From a virus: a stretch of DNA of 64,000 nt. The stretch covers positions 32,001 through 96,000 of the IMG/VR virus record IMGVR_UViG_3300010373_000001, one strand, 5' to 3'. The notes under the pieces are model-generated. The model searched no databases, was not told where the DNA came from, and saw only the letters and a program-made list of their open reading frames with translations. Positions 31,204-40,857 of this stretch are shown here, piece by piece. The translations under genes and the position numbers were made by a program. How positions within the stretch are numbered: position 1 is the first letter of the stretch; each line of letters starts with the position of its first letter.

Positions 31204-32763
31204 TCATCTGCGCCTTCTCTGATAGAGGATGTTCTGGTATACTTCCGCTTCCTCTGCTTCCTCGTAATCCATCTTGGTAAGAATGCAGGCCATTGACAAT
31301 GAATCCGGGTAGTCATCGTGTGCGTTAGCAGCTTTAGGAGCCTTGGCTATAAAGTACGGACCCTTGTACTCTGATTCAAGATCTTCCATTTCCTGATAGA
31401 ATCTCTGGAACTTACGAAGTCTCTTAACTTTAGAACCTGCTGGCCAGGAAATCTGCTTGCGGTCCATCAGGTTTCTTAGGTGAGCCCATCTTACTGTCTG
31501 CTCTGACTGCGCTGAGCCAAGCTCAACAAATTCTATATGCGGATTAAGAACCTGAAGCCTCTGGCAGACTGTATCTCCCAGGCCGCCGATATCTATACCG
31601 ACTTTCCATACACGGTAGTTAGCCAGGAACTCAGTGATCCTGAAGTACTGCTCTTCCCAGTCCATACCTTCAAGGTCAAGCCAATTCAGTACGCGGTGAT
31701 GATATAGCCCGAAAGGATCAGGATTATCCCAGTCAACAAAGACAACAGTAACAATTGTACGATCCTGTTTTCTTGCACAGTCGATACCGACGACAACTGG
31801 GGTTTTGTGATAGGCGTGTACCACTGACTGCATCGAAATGTCCCCAAGTTCATCCAGCTTCTCGCTGGTGGTGAACATACCCTTGTCGAGAATCCACATA
31901 ACCCTGTAGGAAAGCTTGAACTCGTCCGAATCTTCTCCAAGCCTGTCACGCTCTTTAGTTGCCCTCTTAAGATAATCAGGGTTATACTTGCCGACTGTTT
32001 TCCAGTCTACTTCGTAATGATTCTGGGTGGATCTTCTGCCCGCAACAGAATATCTTTTATTGCTTTTAATTGTCTCGTAAAAGACACCCTTATGCATGGC
32101 AGGAGTGCCTGTGAAAATCATAGTGGAGTTAACAGCAGTACCCATAGGAGATACTGACTTGTTAATTACTACCTCGTCTGCTCCCTGGCATTCGTCAACC
32201 AGAATGATGTGGTAGGTACGTCCTTCAATGGTTGCCCTAGGGTGACAGGTAGTCTTACGTACCAGTGAGCCGCATTTCCCTAGCGCGATCATTCTTCCCC
32301 GGCCTGTGATGAAATCATCTATCTCAGGGTCGGACAGAACCAGGGAAGCTGTGTGTGATGTAAGCCTGTCAACAATTCTGCCGAACAGGTTATCAGCCTG
32401 TTCGTCTACCGGAGCGAATGCTCCAACCCATACACCCTCTTTATATTTGTTAAGAGTTTCCGGATAAATCTTTGCCAGTCTTGGCAGCATGATCATGCAT
32501 GTGGCTATAACATTAGCCACGGCCTCCGTCTTACCTGACTGACGTGAGAACAGGGCAGTGATAGTTGCCCCGTCGTTTGTTATAAGCGACTCAAAAATTC
32601 TTCTGGCAAATGGAATCTGATACGGCCTCAGAGGGTGCCCTGACAGGTCGTCACAAATGACCATCAGTTTATCAATAAGCTCGTCTACGAACTTCTGGCT
32701 GCTCTCGTCAAGTTCGTAGTCAATCTGTGCCGCGTCTACGTAATCTTCCTGCATTTGCTCCAT
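31204..32763 (-). CDS. terL: Terminase large subunit
   Basis: Walker A SRQSGKT, Walker B IILVDE, TGTP, nuclease VGID...HDDYPDS. Confidence 0.93.
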   Translation of the reverse strand: MEQMQEDYVDAAQIDYELDESSQKFVDELIDKLMVICDDLSGHPLRPYQIPFARRIFESLITNDGATITALFSRQSGKTEAVANVIATCMIMLPRLAKIYPETLNKYKEGVWVGAFAPVDEQADNLFGRIVDRLTSHTASLVLSDPEIDDFITGRGRMIALGKCGSLVRKTTCHPRATIEGRTYHIILVDECQGADEVVINKSVSPMGTAVNSTMIFTGTPAMHKGVFYETIKSNKRYSVAGRRSTQNHYEVDWKTVGKYNPDYLKRATKERDRLGEDSDEFKLSYRVMWILDKGMFTTSEKLDELGDISMQSVVHAYHKTPVVVGIDCARKQDRTIVTVVFVDWDNPDPFGLYHHRVLNWLDLEGMDWEEQYFRITEFLANYRVWKVGIDIGGLGDTVCQRLQVLNPHIEFVELGSAQSEQTVRWAHLRNLMDRKQISWPAGSKVKRLRKFQRFYQEMEDLESEYKGPYFIAKAPKAANAHDDYPDSLSMACILTKMDYEEAEEAEVYQNILYQRRRR

Positions 32764-32842
32764 AAAAAATACCCCTATCGGTGCTACACGATTAAGTGTT
32801 CACCAATAAGGGTATCATTCTTTAAGCTATTTTATTGTGTCC

Positions 32843-33025
32843 TCAAGGGATAAGGAATGATAGTGTCATCGCTGTCAGACCGCCACCTAGAAGCCACGGC
32901 AGGTCACCGCTGATAATTGTTGCTTCTTTTAGGGTGAGCAGCAAGAACAAAAATGCTGCGACGATCATGAGTGCTCTTGAAAACCATGGGGACGATACAT
33001 GTACGGTTCTTGAAGGTGCTGTCAT
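32843..33025 (-). CDS. Small two-TM membrane protein
   Basis: Two hydrophobic segments. Confidence 0.5.
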   Translation of the reverse strand: MTAPSRTVHVSSPWFSRALMIVAAFLFLLLTLKEATIISGDLPWLLGGGLTAMTLSFLIP

Positions 33026-33216
33026 TTATGACTCCACTTCTTTGCGTTCTTAGCGAACTGTGCTCTCTTCTTCTGAACAGTAGAGGCTTTAGGATCGGCC
33101 AGTACTGCTGAAGCTTCAGCTTGTACAGATTTCCCGGCCTTCTTTGCTGTCGCTGTGAACTTGCCCCTGTTCTTGGGCTTGATACGAATTGTCTTTTTCT
33201 TGGTCGCTGTTGCCAT
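33022..33216 (-). CDS. Small basic protein
   Basis: I.IKP.NRGKFTA...KKRAQFAKNA.KW. Confidence 0.55.
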   Translation of the reverse strand: MATATKKKTIRIKPKNRGKFTATAKKAGKSVQAEASAVLADPKASTVQKKRAQFAKNAKKWSHK

Positions 33217-33586
33217 CTTGACCTCTTACTGATGACTGGACGTAATCTCTTTCATTCTTCCATACAACTATACCCCATATTATGATCCCGGCGACGACAC
33301 CCAGCATCGAACAGTCATACCAGGCAACAACTTCGCTGGTCAATCTGTTCAGATGAAAGAACAAAGATAGGGCAGATGGAATCAGCAGAAGAACGATCCC
33401 GATAGTTTCGTAGACTATACGCTGACCAATGTGGTCCCTCCACCACGGCGCGTAGTATGTGTACTGAGCTACGAATGTGATGGCAGAAACCAGGCTCAGT
33501 ATGATTACGGCCTTGAAAGTAAATACAAGATACTGAGCCTGTGTGTGGTGAAACAATGAAGCTATGAATGAAGCAATGAAGTGCAT
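33116..33586 (-). CDS. Multi-TM membrane protein (holin-like)
   Basis: Three TM helices, APWWR..IG motif. Confidence 0.55.
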   Translation of the reverse strand: MHFIASFIASLFHHTQAQYLVFTFKAVIILSLVSAITFVAQYTYYAPWWRDHIGQRIVYETIGIVLLLIPSALSLFFHLNRLTSEVVAWYDCSMLGVVAGIIIWGIVVWKNERDYVQSSVRGQDGNSDQEKDNSYQAQEQGQVHSDSKEGREICTS

Positions 33587-33807
33587 TAGTTATCCGTGTG
33601 ACCTATCTTCAGGGACTCCCTGACTATGCTGGCAAAGTTATTGTCATCCCGTAGAGATCTGCCTGGTTGCACAATAGTTCTGTGCCTGGCGTGGGCCACG
33701 GCCTTTGCTGTATTTAGTCCATGTTCTGCGTCACGGACTTTCTGTTCTGCATCTTTATGTGTCATAAACCCGAAAATCCTGATAAAGTGTTGTCTCAGGC
33801 AATTCAT
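33586..33807 (-). CDS. Hypothetical protein
   Basis: Coupled ORF, NNFA motif. Confidence 0.5.
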   Translation of the reverse strand: MNCLRQHFIRIFGFMTHKDAEQKVRDAEHGLNTAKAVAHARHRTIVQPGRSLRDDNNFASIVRESLKIGHTDN

Positions 33808-34088
33808 GCATCTTCTCCCCGAGAAGAGGAAGTTTTAGGCTCTTCCCTATCCTGCCGCTCCATAGCGATGCTCTTTAGTGCTCCGATTAGCTGATTAGAG
33901 TTGGCTGCTGTGTCTGCCAGATCTTTGTTAGACTGCCTGAGCACCTTGTTCTCCTCTTCACGAAGATCAAGTGCCTTCTCCAGTTTTTTCGCATACCAGC
34001 CCGGTACAAAGATCTTAAAACAGATAAGTGCCAGGAACACTCCTGCCGCACCAAAGTTTATAAGCCAGTGGGCTGCTTCGGCGTCCAT
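33804..34088 (-). CDS. Membrane-anchored coiled-coil protein (lysis-cassette type)
   Basis: N-terminal TM, VPGW, coiled coil. Confidence 0.55.
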   Translation of the reverse strand: MDAEAAHWLINFGAAGVFLALICFKIFVPGWYAKKLEKALDLREEENKVLRQSNKDLADTAANSNQLIGALKSIAMERQDREEPKTSSSRGEDA

Positions 34089-34152
34089 CTATCACTTTTC
34101 CTCTAGGTACAGGGTTTTTCAGGGTTTATCTATATTATTCTACCCGAAACGA

Positions 34153-34437
34153 TTACCTTATACCGTCACGAAAAAGTAGCTCTTCTGTGACTGCCTGCAT
34201 CTGTGAAATAGCGCTCTTTAACTCCTCTAGTATAGCGCCTCTTGTGTCCGGGTCTTTCTCTTTTCTGTAGTCTGAGAACGCCTTAGCCATAGCAGATCCA
34301 GCTACATCCGTCCATTCGAGTATGTCATGAGTACTCATAGTAGCAGCCCTTTTACCGGCTGTCCTGTATGCAGGGGTGTACCATGTTTCCTCAATCAGTT
34401 TCAGGTCGTTTAATTTCCTCTGCTTGCTTAGTCTCAA
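34153..34437 (-). CDS. Hypothetical protein (start uncertain)
   Basis: Co-oriented helical ORF. Confidence 0.45.
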   Translation of the reverse strand: MRLSKQRKLNDLKLIEETWYTPAYRTAGKRAATMSTHDILEWTDVAGSAMAKAFSDYRKEKDPDTRGAILEELKSAISQMQAVTEELLFRDGIR

Positions 34438-34678
34438 CTTCTGTTATCTCTCTTCCCTCAATAGCTTCCATCAGCTTGTATACTTCATGGTCTTCCGGTG
34501 CTTCTGGCCCCCACTTACCGACCACTATAGCCTTGCCCGGCCAGCAGTGAATAATCAGGGAGCGTTTGCAGTCACGGAAAGGCTCTTCTATTTCCCTCGT
34601 AGGGGCTATGTCAAATACAAAAAATCCCCTCACCGATATTATTCCGATGAAGAGATCCTTGCCGTGCATTTTTGCCAT
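34391..34678 (-). CDS. Hypothetical protein
   Basis: T.EIEEPFR motif; abuts upstream gene. Confidence 0.5.
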   Translation of the reverse strand: MAKMHGKDLFIGIISVRGFFVFDIAPTREIEEPFRDCKRSLIIHCWPGKAIVVGKWGPEAPEDHEVYKLMEAIEGREITEVETKQAEEIKRPETD

Positions 34679-35032
34679 TCAGTTTATTCTTTCGTATGGT
34701 AGTGCGTTCAGCCTTGCGTTAATAAATCTGCCGGGCGATGCTGCCCTGCGGAATGCTCTGGCTGTTGCTTCGTCTACATTGTAGTAATCGTACACCGAAC
34801 CATCAGTAAAGAACTTGATTCTCAATGTCTGAGTAGTCCTGTTGTATCCGGCCATAGTTGTTCTACGGTGATCCCAGCCATTTTGAGGCCAGGTAGTTTT
34901 AGTTGGATCGTAGGTCCAGGGAATGAAGTCGCCTTCTCCTTCTTCCTTAGCAAATTCTCTTGCCTTGGCTGCTTCCCTGTCCCTACGAAGAATTGATCCA
35001 ACGTCTATCTTAACGCGGGGTCGTCTTGCCAT
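34679..35032 (-). CDS. KTSC-domain protein
   Basis: GYN..TQTL.I.F..GSVY.Y..V......F..A.SPGRFIN. Confidence 0.8.
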   Translation of the reverse strand: MARRPRVKIDVGSILRRDREAAKAREFAKEEGEGDFIPWTYDPTKTTWPQNGWDHRRTTMAGYNRTTQTLRIKFFTDGSVYDYYNVDEATARAFRRAASPGRFINARLNALPYERIN

Positions 35033-35250
35033 GTTAACCTACATTACTGCTGTCAGTGGTTGTCCAGGTCACCTTTACTGCCTCACAAGTGCAACTAATG
35101 ATTGCGGGTGCGTAGTATGTCTTGCATCCTGGGCACTGCCATCCTACCTGTACCGGATTTGGCGCAGTCCCAATCGTCCAGTTCTGATGACTCCAGTGAT
35201 AACAAGGATAGCCATGACAGTAATGAAATTCTCCTGACGGAGCTATTGTG

Positions 35251-35532
35251 TTAGCTACCACTTTGAACAGTCCATCCTGTTACTATATTCCTGCCCATTT
35301 CATCTGAAGGCTCGAAGTGCGGGCAATTATCTGCCATCTGAGTATGCTCACCGCGTTCGTCAAACTTGCAGACTTCATGGTACGCATTGATCGGCATCTG
35401 ATAAGGCAGCGGCCTGGCACCAAGAGTTGTGTCATCCCAGAAGAAATCTTCAGCGGGTCTTGGTTCTTCATCTTCAACAGGAGAAGTTTTTACCGGAAGC
35501 TGGGCCTTCTCAGATGGATCGTTAACGTACAT
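35251..35532 (-). CDS. Hypothetical protein
   Basis: Co-oriented ORF with RBS. Confidence 0.45.
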   Translation of the reverse strand: MYVNDPSEKAQLPVKTSPVEDEEPRPAEDFFWDDTTLGARPLPYQMPINAYHEVCKFDERGEHTQMADNCPHFEPSDEMGRNIVTGWTVQSGS

Positions 35533-35533
35533 A

Positions 35534-35659
35534 TCAGTCCTGTATTGCGCAAAGTATGTGGCAGCCGTTTTCGTGAATATAGCAATGACTGTCGTCTATG
35601 CAAGCACACCACTTTGACTCACATCGGCAGTAATCTTTCTTACAGCCCAATCTTATCAC
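35534..35659 (-). CDS. Cys-rich microprotein (41 aa)
   Basis: GTG start overlapping the exonuclease TGA; eight Cys and three His. Confidence 0.45.
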   Translation of the reverse strand: MIRLGCKKDYCRCESKWCACIDDSHCYIHENGCHILCAIQD

Positions 35660-36549
35660 AATGGTTCTTCCCTCACTTCTGATCCGCCCTTTTTCTTGCT
35701 GCCCTTGCACCAGCGTCCGCAAGACTGGCATTGATAACGTCTGTAGCTAGCCGCGTTAGTTCTTGCGTAGCCTCGCTTCTGAAGTTTGGGACTTCCGCAC
35801 GAAGGGCACGTCTTATTCTCAGCAAAGACCGAAAGGTTCGGATGACCAGGAATCCACGGTAGCACTTTGATGTAAAGCGCTTCCAGAATCTTCGTATCAT
35901 TCTCATTGTATAGCCTCATCTGCTCCCACGCGTCAGGATCGTTATTAAGACAGGCGATCCATCCCTCGTATCCTATGCTCTTCTTCTTGCCAGGAATCCC
36001 GAGTGCTTTGGTAACGTAATCCAGCTTGTTAGACGGGAACTTAAACTGCCTCCTGATAGCCAGGCACAAGTCTACCTGCTTATATGGTGAAGGTGGCGTA
36101 AGTCCTGCCAGAAGAATCTCTTTATTAAGATGCGGGATATCGTGAGCCTTACCGTAGTAGTGAACAACGATATCTGCTTCGTCCAGTAGTTCATGGGCCT
36201 TACGGACCATCTCTTCCTTGCCGTCATGGAAAGAAGAGAAGAACATAATTTCATCCTGGCCAAACCATTTGGCCGAGAAGCACATTAGTTCCTGAGGTAC
36301 TACCACGCCCTGATGGCTTACGTAATTGTCTTTCAGACTCCATACGTAGGCGAGGTTAGGCGAGGTTTCGATATCCAGAAACAGGATCTTAGCTGAGGTG
36401 CCCTCAGGCGGCGCCGTACTGGCCTCTGAGACGTTTTCGGCCCTCTCCCTACCTGATACCCTAGGGAAGTAAGAAGTCACCTTAGAACCGCTTACATCGA
36501 GCCCTGGCATGTACGGTAAGGCTTGGAACTCTAATTTGTATTCCTGCAT
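35656..36549 (-). CDS. RNase H-like (DnaQ/RNase_H_2) 3'-5' exonuclease with C-terminal zinc ribbon
   Basis: LFLDIET, HY.G..HDIP, SNKLDY, YN..D; CPSCG...CQSCG. Confidence 0.85.
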   Translation of the reverse strand: MQEYKLEFQALPYMPGLDVSGSKVTSYFPRVSGRERAENVSEASTAPPEGTSAKILFLDIETSPNLAYVWSLKDNYVSHQGVVVPQELMCFSAKWFGQDEIMFFSSFHDGKEEMVRKAHELLDEADIVVHYYGKAHDIPHLNKEILLAGLTPPSPYKQVDLCLAIRRQFKFPSNKLDYVTKALGIPGKKKSIGYEGWIACLNNDPDAWEQMRLYNENDTKILEALYIKVLPWIPGHPNLSVFAENKTCPSCGSPKLQKRGYARTNAASYRRYQCQSCGRWCKGSKKKGGSEVREEPL

Positions 36550-36564
36550 TGTACTCCATATAAT

Positions 36565-36600
36565 AGAAGCCCGTCAAGAATCTCCTGACGGGCTTTCTTT
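36565..36600 (-). terminator. Intrinsic terminator ending tRNA transcript
   Basis: aagcccgtca/tgacgggctt stem with flanking A/T tracts, just 3' of tRNA-Val. Confidence 0.6.
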
Positions 36601-36615
36601 TTCTCCTGTATTCGG

Positions 36616-36687
36616 TAGGCAGTGAGGGATCTGAACCCCCGACCCTTTCGGTGTAAACGAAGCGCTCTCCCGCTGAGCTAACCGCCC
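36616..36687 (-). tRNA. tRNA-Val(TAC)
   Basis: Cloverleaf, anticodon loop TTTACAC. Confidence 0.9.
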
Positions 36688-36772
36688 TTATGTAAGTTTT
36701 TTGCTAGATACTTCTACGCCCAGCACATATCCTAAGATAACCGCCCTAGAGGAAAAACTTACAAACCTTGAG

Positions 36773-36845
36773 TACCCCCACTAGGATTCGAACCTAGGAC
36801 TAACTGGTTAAGAGCCAGCTACTCTATCCGCTGAGTTACAGGGGC
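36773..36845 (-). tRNA. tRNA-Lys(CTT)
   Basis: Cloverleaf, loop CTCTTAA. Confidence 0.93.
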
Positions 36846-36950
36846 TTAGTTTAACAAGAACAATCTTTGTCAGGACAATGATCTTCTGGTGAATGAGGGT
36901 GAAACCCTGTTGAACAGGGAACGCACAAATGGTATTCTCTATCTTTCATG

Positions 36951-37023
36951 TACTCCCGACCGGGTTCGAACCGGCAGTCTCTACCTTGAGAGGGTAGCGA
37001 GATAGCCCTTACTCTACAGGAGC
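36951..37023 (-). tRNA. tRNA-Glu(CTC)
   Basis: Cloverleaf, loop CTCTCAA. Confidence 0.9.
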
Positions 37024-37073
37024 GTGTGAGGCTAATATTTACTGACGAGTTAGCCTCAATCGTCGGGTCTATT

Positions 37074-38303
37074 TTAGCAGGTCTTGCTGCTTCTGATATT
37101 TCCGGCTGTAGCAGACTGACCCTTACTATTGCTAGTTGAGTTAGTCCACGTCTGACCGCATCCTGCATAACTAAACGTCCAGGTAGCGGGCTTTAGTCCA
37201 GCAGTACCGAATCTTGTACCGGCACCAAAGAAACTCTTGTACCACGTAACAGCATCGAATCCACCTGACTTACCACCAGGCACGATTTCCTCATGCGGAA
37301 CACCACTGCTGTAGAACTGAACAGTCAGAACTCCGGTTACCTTCCCAGCTACCACACCGGCAATTCTCTTACCGGCAGCTAGGAACTGGTTAGGACGGAA
37401 AGCGCTCAGGATAGACTTGAAGGTTCCTGTGTCCTTGATATCCATCTGATAGATGTAGCAATCCACTGCCTGCGGAGCACAATCAGCTACCGGAACATCA
37501 GCACCACCAGTAATCGTAGCGGTCTGCTTGAATCCAGAGCTAGCCCACACACCATTTCCGCCGCCGACATTGAACTTAGTAACGTTAGTCACTGCGGTTG
37601 ACGGAGTGAATCCGCCTACGTTCTTAAGGTTAGGAGTAACCTTAGCTGCCAGCGTAGCAGGAACCGGGAGACAAGCAGGCCCACCGTTAATGTTACCGGC
37701 GAAATAAGCCTGACCATCATCAGTGTTCCATGCGTCTGTCCAGATCTGATGACAGTTCACGTCGCGGTAAACGAATGACCACGAGTTGCCGAAAGCAACT
37801 CCATTGTCAGTGAACGTTGTACCGACCGGGAAAAGATGCTGATAGAAGTTCGGAGTTCCTACACCACCACTTCCATGCAGATTCAGAACAGCAGGAGCAA
37901 GACTGGCGTTCGCCAGATGATTTGCAGTGAAGTCATAATCAGCAGTTCCGGTCATAGCAACCTTGAACGGAGCGCCAATGATATGCAGACCAGACTGCGG
38001 GTTACCCTGATTCGGCCTGAAAGCATTCTTAATCGTAGTTGATGTTCCCTGAGTAGAAAGCTTCCCGGTGTAGTGATAACAGCTAGGACCACACGAAGTT
38101 GGTGGGCGAAGGAAAACCTGTAGCTTGAAGTTATCGATAGCCCAGTTTCCATTGCCACCGCTATCAGGATCGTTCAGAACATATGTAGTTGATTCAGTTC
38201 CCAGAGGGAGGACAGATGCATTAGCGACTGCCTGACCCCCAGATAGAAGTGCAATTGCAGCAGTCGCCAAACCTGCCACCAGAGAACTCTTGCGAAGTCG
38301 CAT
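37074..38303 (-). CDS. Secreted protein with two internal repeat domains
   Basis: Signal peptide; duplicated GGGNG.WA...AFRPNQ...W.F.Y...C.Q.WT...GQ...AGNI. Confidence 0.7.
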   Translation of the reverse strand: MRLRKSSLVAGLATAAIALLSGGQAVANASVLPLGTESTTYVLNDPDSGGNGNWAIDNFKLQVFLRPPTSCGPSCYHYTGKLSTQGTSTTIKNAFRPNQGNPQSGLHIIGAPFKVAMTGTADYDFTANHLANASLAPAVLNLHGSGGVGTPNFYQHLFPVGTTFTDNGVAFGNSWSFVYRDVNCHQIWTDAWNTDDGQAYFAGNINGGPACLPVPATLAAKVTPNLKNVGGFTPSTAVTNVTKFNVGGGNGVWASSGFKQTATITGGADVPVADCAPQAVDCYIYQMDIKDTGTFKSILSAFRPNQFLAAGKRIAGVVAGKVTGVLTVQFYSSGVPHEEIVPGGKSGGFDAVTWYKSFFGAGTRFGTAGLKPATWTFSYAGCGQTWTNSTSNSKGQSATAGNIRSSKTC

Positions 38304-38336
38304 ATACCTCTCCTAATCTCTAGTCTTATACTTACG

Positions 38337-38408
38337 AGCCTGAATGGAGATTCGAACTCCACTCGATCCCTTACGAAAGGATAATTTTGCCGACTAAACT
38401 ATTCAGGC
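38337..38408 (-). tRNA. tRNA-Thr(CGT)
   Basis: Cloverleaf, loop TTCGTAA. Confidence 0.85.
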
Positions 38409-38449
38409 GTAATGCCGAAGGACAGAGGATGCATCATATCCTTCAGCCG

Positions 38450-38523
38450 AGCCTATTTGCGGGATCGAACCGCAGACCTCCATCTTACCAAGATGGCACT
38501 CTAACCGACTGAGCTAAACAGGC
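38450..38523 (-). tRNA. tRNA-Thr(GGT)
   Basis: Cloverleaf, loop TTGGTAA. Confidence 0.93.
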
Positions 38524-38526
38524 GAA

Positions 38527-38546
38527 ATATATATATATATATATAT
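38527..38546. repeat. (AT)10 microsatellite between tRNAs
   Basis: Direct reading. Confidence 0.9.
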
Positions 38547-38550
38547 TACG

Positions 38551-38634
38551 CGGAAGGTGAGAGATTCGAACTCCCAGGGCGATTAAACCCTACGGTTTTC
38601 AAGACCGCGACACGCCACCGATGTTAGACCTTCC
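38551..38634 (-). tRNA. tRNA-Ser(TGA)
   Basis: Loop CTTGAAA, long variable arm. Confidence 0.85.
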
Positions 38635-38647
38635 TTATCTTATTGCG

Positions 38648-38736
38648 CGGAAGTTACAGGATTCGAACCTGTGAGAGACGCAATGCTCAAGTGGATTAGC
38701 AGTCCACCGCAATAGACCGGACTATGCGAAACTTCC
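38648..38736 (-). tRNA. tRNA-Ser(GCT)
   Basis: Loop CTGCTAA, long variable arm. Confidence 0.9.
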
Positions 38737-38853
38737 TTGGTGCGGAATTTCAAACCACCTTGAGCCCGTTTAGGTATCCGCTTGGCTCTGTTGATCAGGC
38801 TCTAATATAATTATCATTAATTTGCGGCTTTTTCCTGGCAGCCGTTGGCCGAG

Positions 38854-38927
38854 AGACGATGACCAGATTCGAACTGGCACGATTAGGGTGGAAGCCTAAG
38901 ATGCTAACCATTAAACATCACATCGCC
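38854..38927 (-). tRNA. tRNA-Gly(TCC)
   Basis: Loop CTTCCAC, U73. Confidence 0.9.
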
Positions 38928-38962
38928 GTAAAACTAGCCCGTGGGCCGGGCTGGTACTCACC

Positions 38963-38991
38963 ATCATACCAGCCCAGCCCCTTGATGTCAA
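38963..38991 (-). promoter_or_regulatory. Sigma70-type promoter
   Basis: TTGACA-N17-TATGAT with upstream AAAAGTTTT box. Confidence 0.75.
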
Positions 38992-39034
38992 CCCTTTCGG
39001 ATTAAAACTTTTTACTGACTGCCCTGTTGAGTTA

Positions 39035-39511
39035 TTAGCTCTTCAGATAGCTACGGACATCCTGAGCAGCCTGCTTAAGCGCTGCCTTAGCGTCCTTCAG
39101 TTTGTTACCAGCAGCTTGCAGGCCAGCGGTGTTCTGCTTAGCCGCATCCTTTACAGCCACCTTAGCGTCACCCAGAGCGCGGGAAACATCTGTGTCAAGA
39201 CCAGTAACGCATCCTGGCGGCAGATCACTCTGCGCAGCGGTGATAGCATCCTCCACGGTCTTAGCGTTAGCCTTAACCGACTTGCTCTGATGCGACTCAA
39301 TCTGACGAGCCATGGTAGCGATATCAGTACCAGCGGTATGCAGCTTCTTCAAGCCACCAGCCTTGTCCCACTTGTGATACTGAATACCACACTCAATCTT
39401 GCTAGCCACATGAGTCGGATGCGGAAGATGCGTACTGCCGCAAGCAGCGACAATAACAGCAGCACCACCAGCAGCGATCACAGTGGAGATTCGCTTGAGA
39501 ACTAGGTTCAT
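39035..39511 (-). CDS. Lipoprotein
   Basis: Signal peptide with VAAC lipobox, helical body. Confidence 0.65.
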   Translation of the reverse strand: MNLVLKRISTVIAAGGAAVIVAACGSTHLPHPTHVASKIECGIQYHKWDKAGGLKKLHTAGTDIATMARQIESHQSKSVKANAKTVEDAITAAQSDLPPGCVTGLDTDVSRALGDAKVAVKDAAKQNTAGLQAAGNKLKDAKAALKQAAQDVRSYLKS

Positions 39512-39544
39512 TTTTTCCTCCCGGATTTCTGTTTTCTACTTCGT

Positions 39545-40378
39545 TCAGGAAGTAGAGTGGATAACGAAGATCAGGATGCAGAGCCCATTAACCAGCAGGC
39601 CAATCCCAGCGACCAGCATAACCCACTTGAAAACAGTGTGACGAGTCTGGTGCTGAGCGAGATTGTAATCCCCATCCTTGATCTCATAGATGATACGGTC
39701 ACGGTAGTTAGGGATCAGGTGATGATACCAGTGACCCTTAAAAACCTTGTTCGGGTTATCCGCGTAACCATGACGGATTGCGTAATCCTCTGCGAACCAG
39801 CTTTGAATAGCGAAGAACTCAGGCTTCATAATCCACGACGCCATGAAGATAGAACCGGCAAGCACAACCAGCTTCTTCTTACCGTCACCAGCAAGAGTAA
39901 TACTGATCTTCTGCCACCAACTAGCATGAGTACTCTGAAATTCCTGAAGAGCATTGATGTGCGGAGGATGGAATCCGGTAACTGCCACGATATCGGCGTG
40001 AAGCTTTGTGTACGAGTAGAACGCCAGAGCCATAAGAGCCATACCAGGGATAGCGAACAAAAGAGCCACTACCGGCCTGATAAAGAGCCTAGGGATAGTC
40101 ATTGTGTTCTTGTACTTAAGCTTCCCCTTCTTAACGAAGCAGTAAATCAGGGGACCAGCCACCCACGCTGCTGCCAGAGTTTCAGGAGCCGCACGGAAAA
40201 ACAGATGACGGAAATCATCGTTTGGAACCGCCGCATGGAATGCATTGGTAACAGCCGGGATAGTTTCCAGAGTGTCGTAGTAGAAAGCGAATCCGATCAT
40301 CAGGCCGATGAAAGCCAAGATCAGAATTACAGGCATCGAGCAAAGCTTGTAATACACTTTCCTGCCGAGTGCGTACAT
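39545..40378 (-). CDS. Multi-pass membrane protein
   Basis: About five hydrophobic segments; RBS GGAGG. Confidence 0.6.
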   Translation of the reverse strand: MYALGRKVYYKLCSMPVILILAFIGLMIGFAFYYDTLETIPAVTNAFHAAVPNDDFRHLFFRAAPETLAAAWVAGPLIYCFVKKGKLKYKNTMTIPRLFIRPVVALLFAIPGMALMALAFYSYTKLHADIVAVTGFHPPHINALQEFQSTHASWWQKISITLAGDGKKKLVVLAGSIFMASWIMKPEFFAIQSWFAEDYAIRHGYADNPNKVFKGHWYHHLIPNYRDRIIYEIKDGDYNLAQHQTRHTVFKWVMLVAGIGLLVNGLCILIFVIHSTS

Positions 40379-40468
40379 GATTCCCTCCAGTTTCCTGAAC
40401 TTGTATTTTGTTTTCCTGCCCAGTGCTGCCAGCCGGAAATTATGGCTGGCAGCACCGTAAACCTCTGA

Positions 40469-40840
40469 TCAGAACTTACGGTAAACCAGGCGAAGCCCAG
40501 TTCTGCCCCGCACTTCTTCCTTTGTCAAAGTGATAGTGCCAGTACCGCTCTGAAGCCTGAACTTACCGCCGATGAAGTGAAAAGTTCTGGTAGCGGTCTT
40601 AAACACATCATCCTCCTGCGGAGGCCAGAAATCCTCCTCAGCTTTCTTCACCAGACTCACCTCAACACCATAGCCAACTGATCCGTCAAAGATAGCGTGG
40701 CTGTAACCTGCACCCCTGTCCCTGACTAGCAGGTAAGAGCTTGGCTTCAGGGTTCTATCCGCCGTGAGGTTATCCTCTTCCGTGACAATCGCTTCGAAAG
40801 TGATCTTAACGATGTCACCCTTCTTGTACTCAGTGCCCAT
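40469..40840 (-). CDS. Hypothetical protein, WPP family paralog
   Basis: FWPPQEDDVF...LRLVYR. Confidence 0.6.
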   Translation of the reverse strand: MGTEYKKGDIVKITFEAIVTEEDNLTADRTLKPSSYLLVRDRGAGYSHAIFDGSVGYGVEVSLVKKAEEDFWPPQEDDVFKTATRTFHFIGGKFRLQSGTGTITLTKEEVRGRTGLRLVYRKF

Positions 40841-40857
40841 AAATCTGTTCTCCTGTT

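Noticed and set aside
36691-36763. Hairpin containing scaffold-like words (TTTCCTCTAG, TAGAAGT) in swapped order
   Set aside because: Spacing and inner stem do not fit the consensus; may be just a spacer hairpin.
39557-40468. 303-aa plus-strand ORF
   Set aside because: Antisense shadow of the 277-aa membrane protein in a minus-strand operon; no recognisable motifs.
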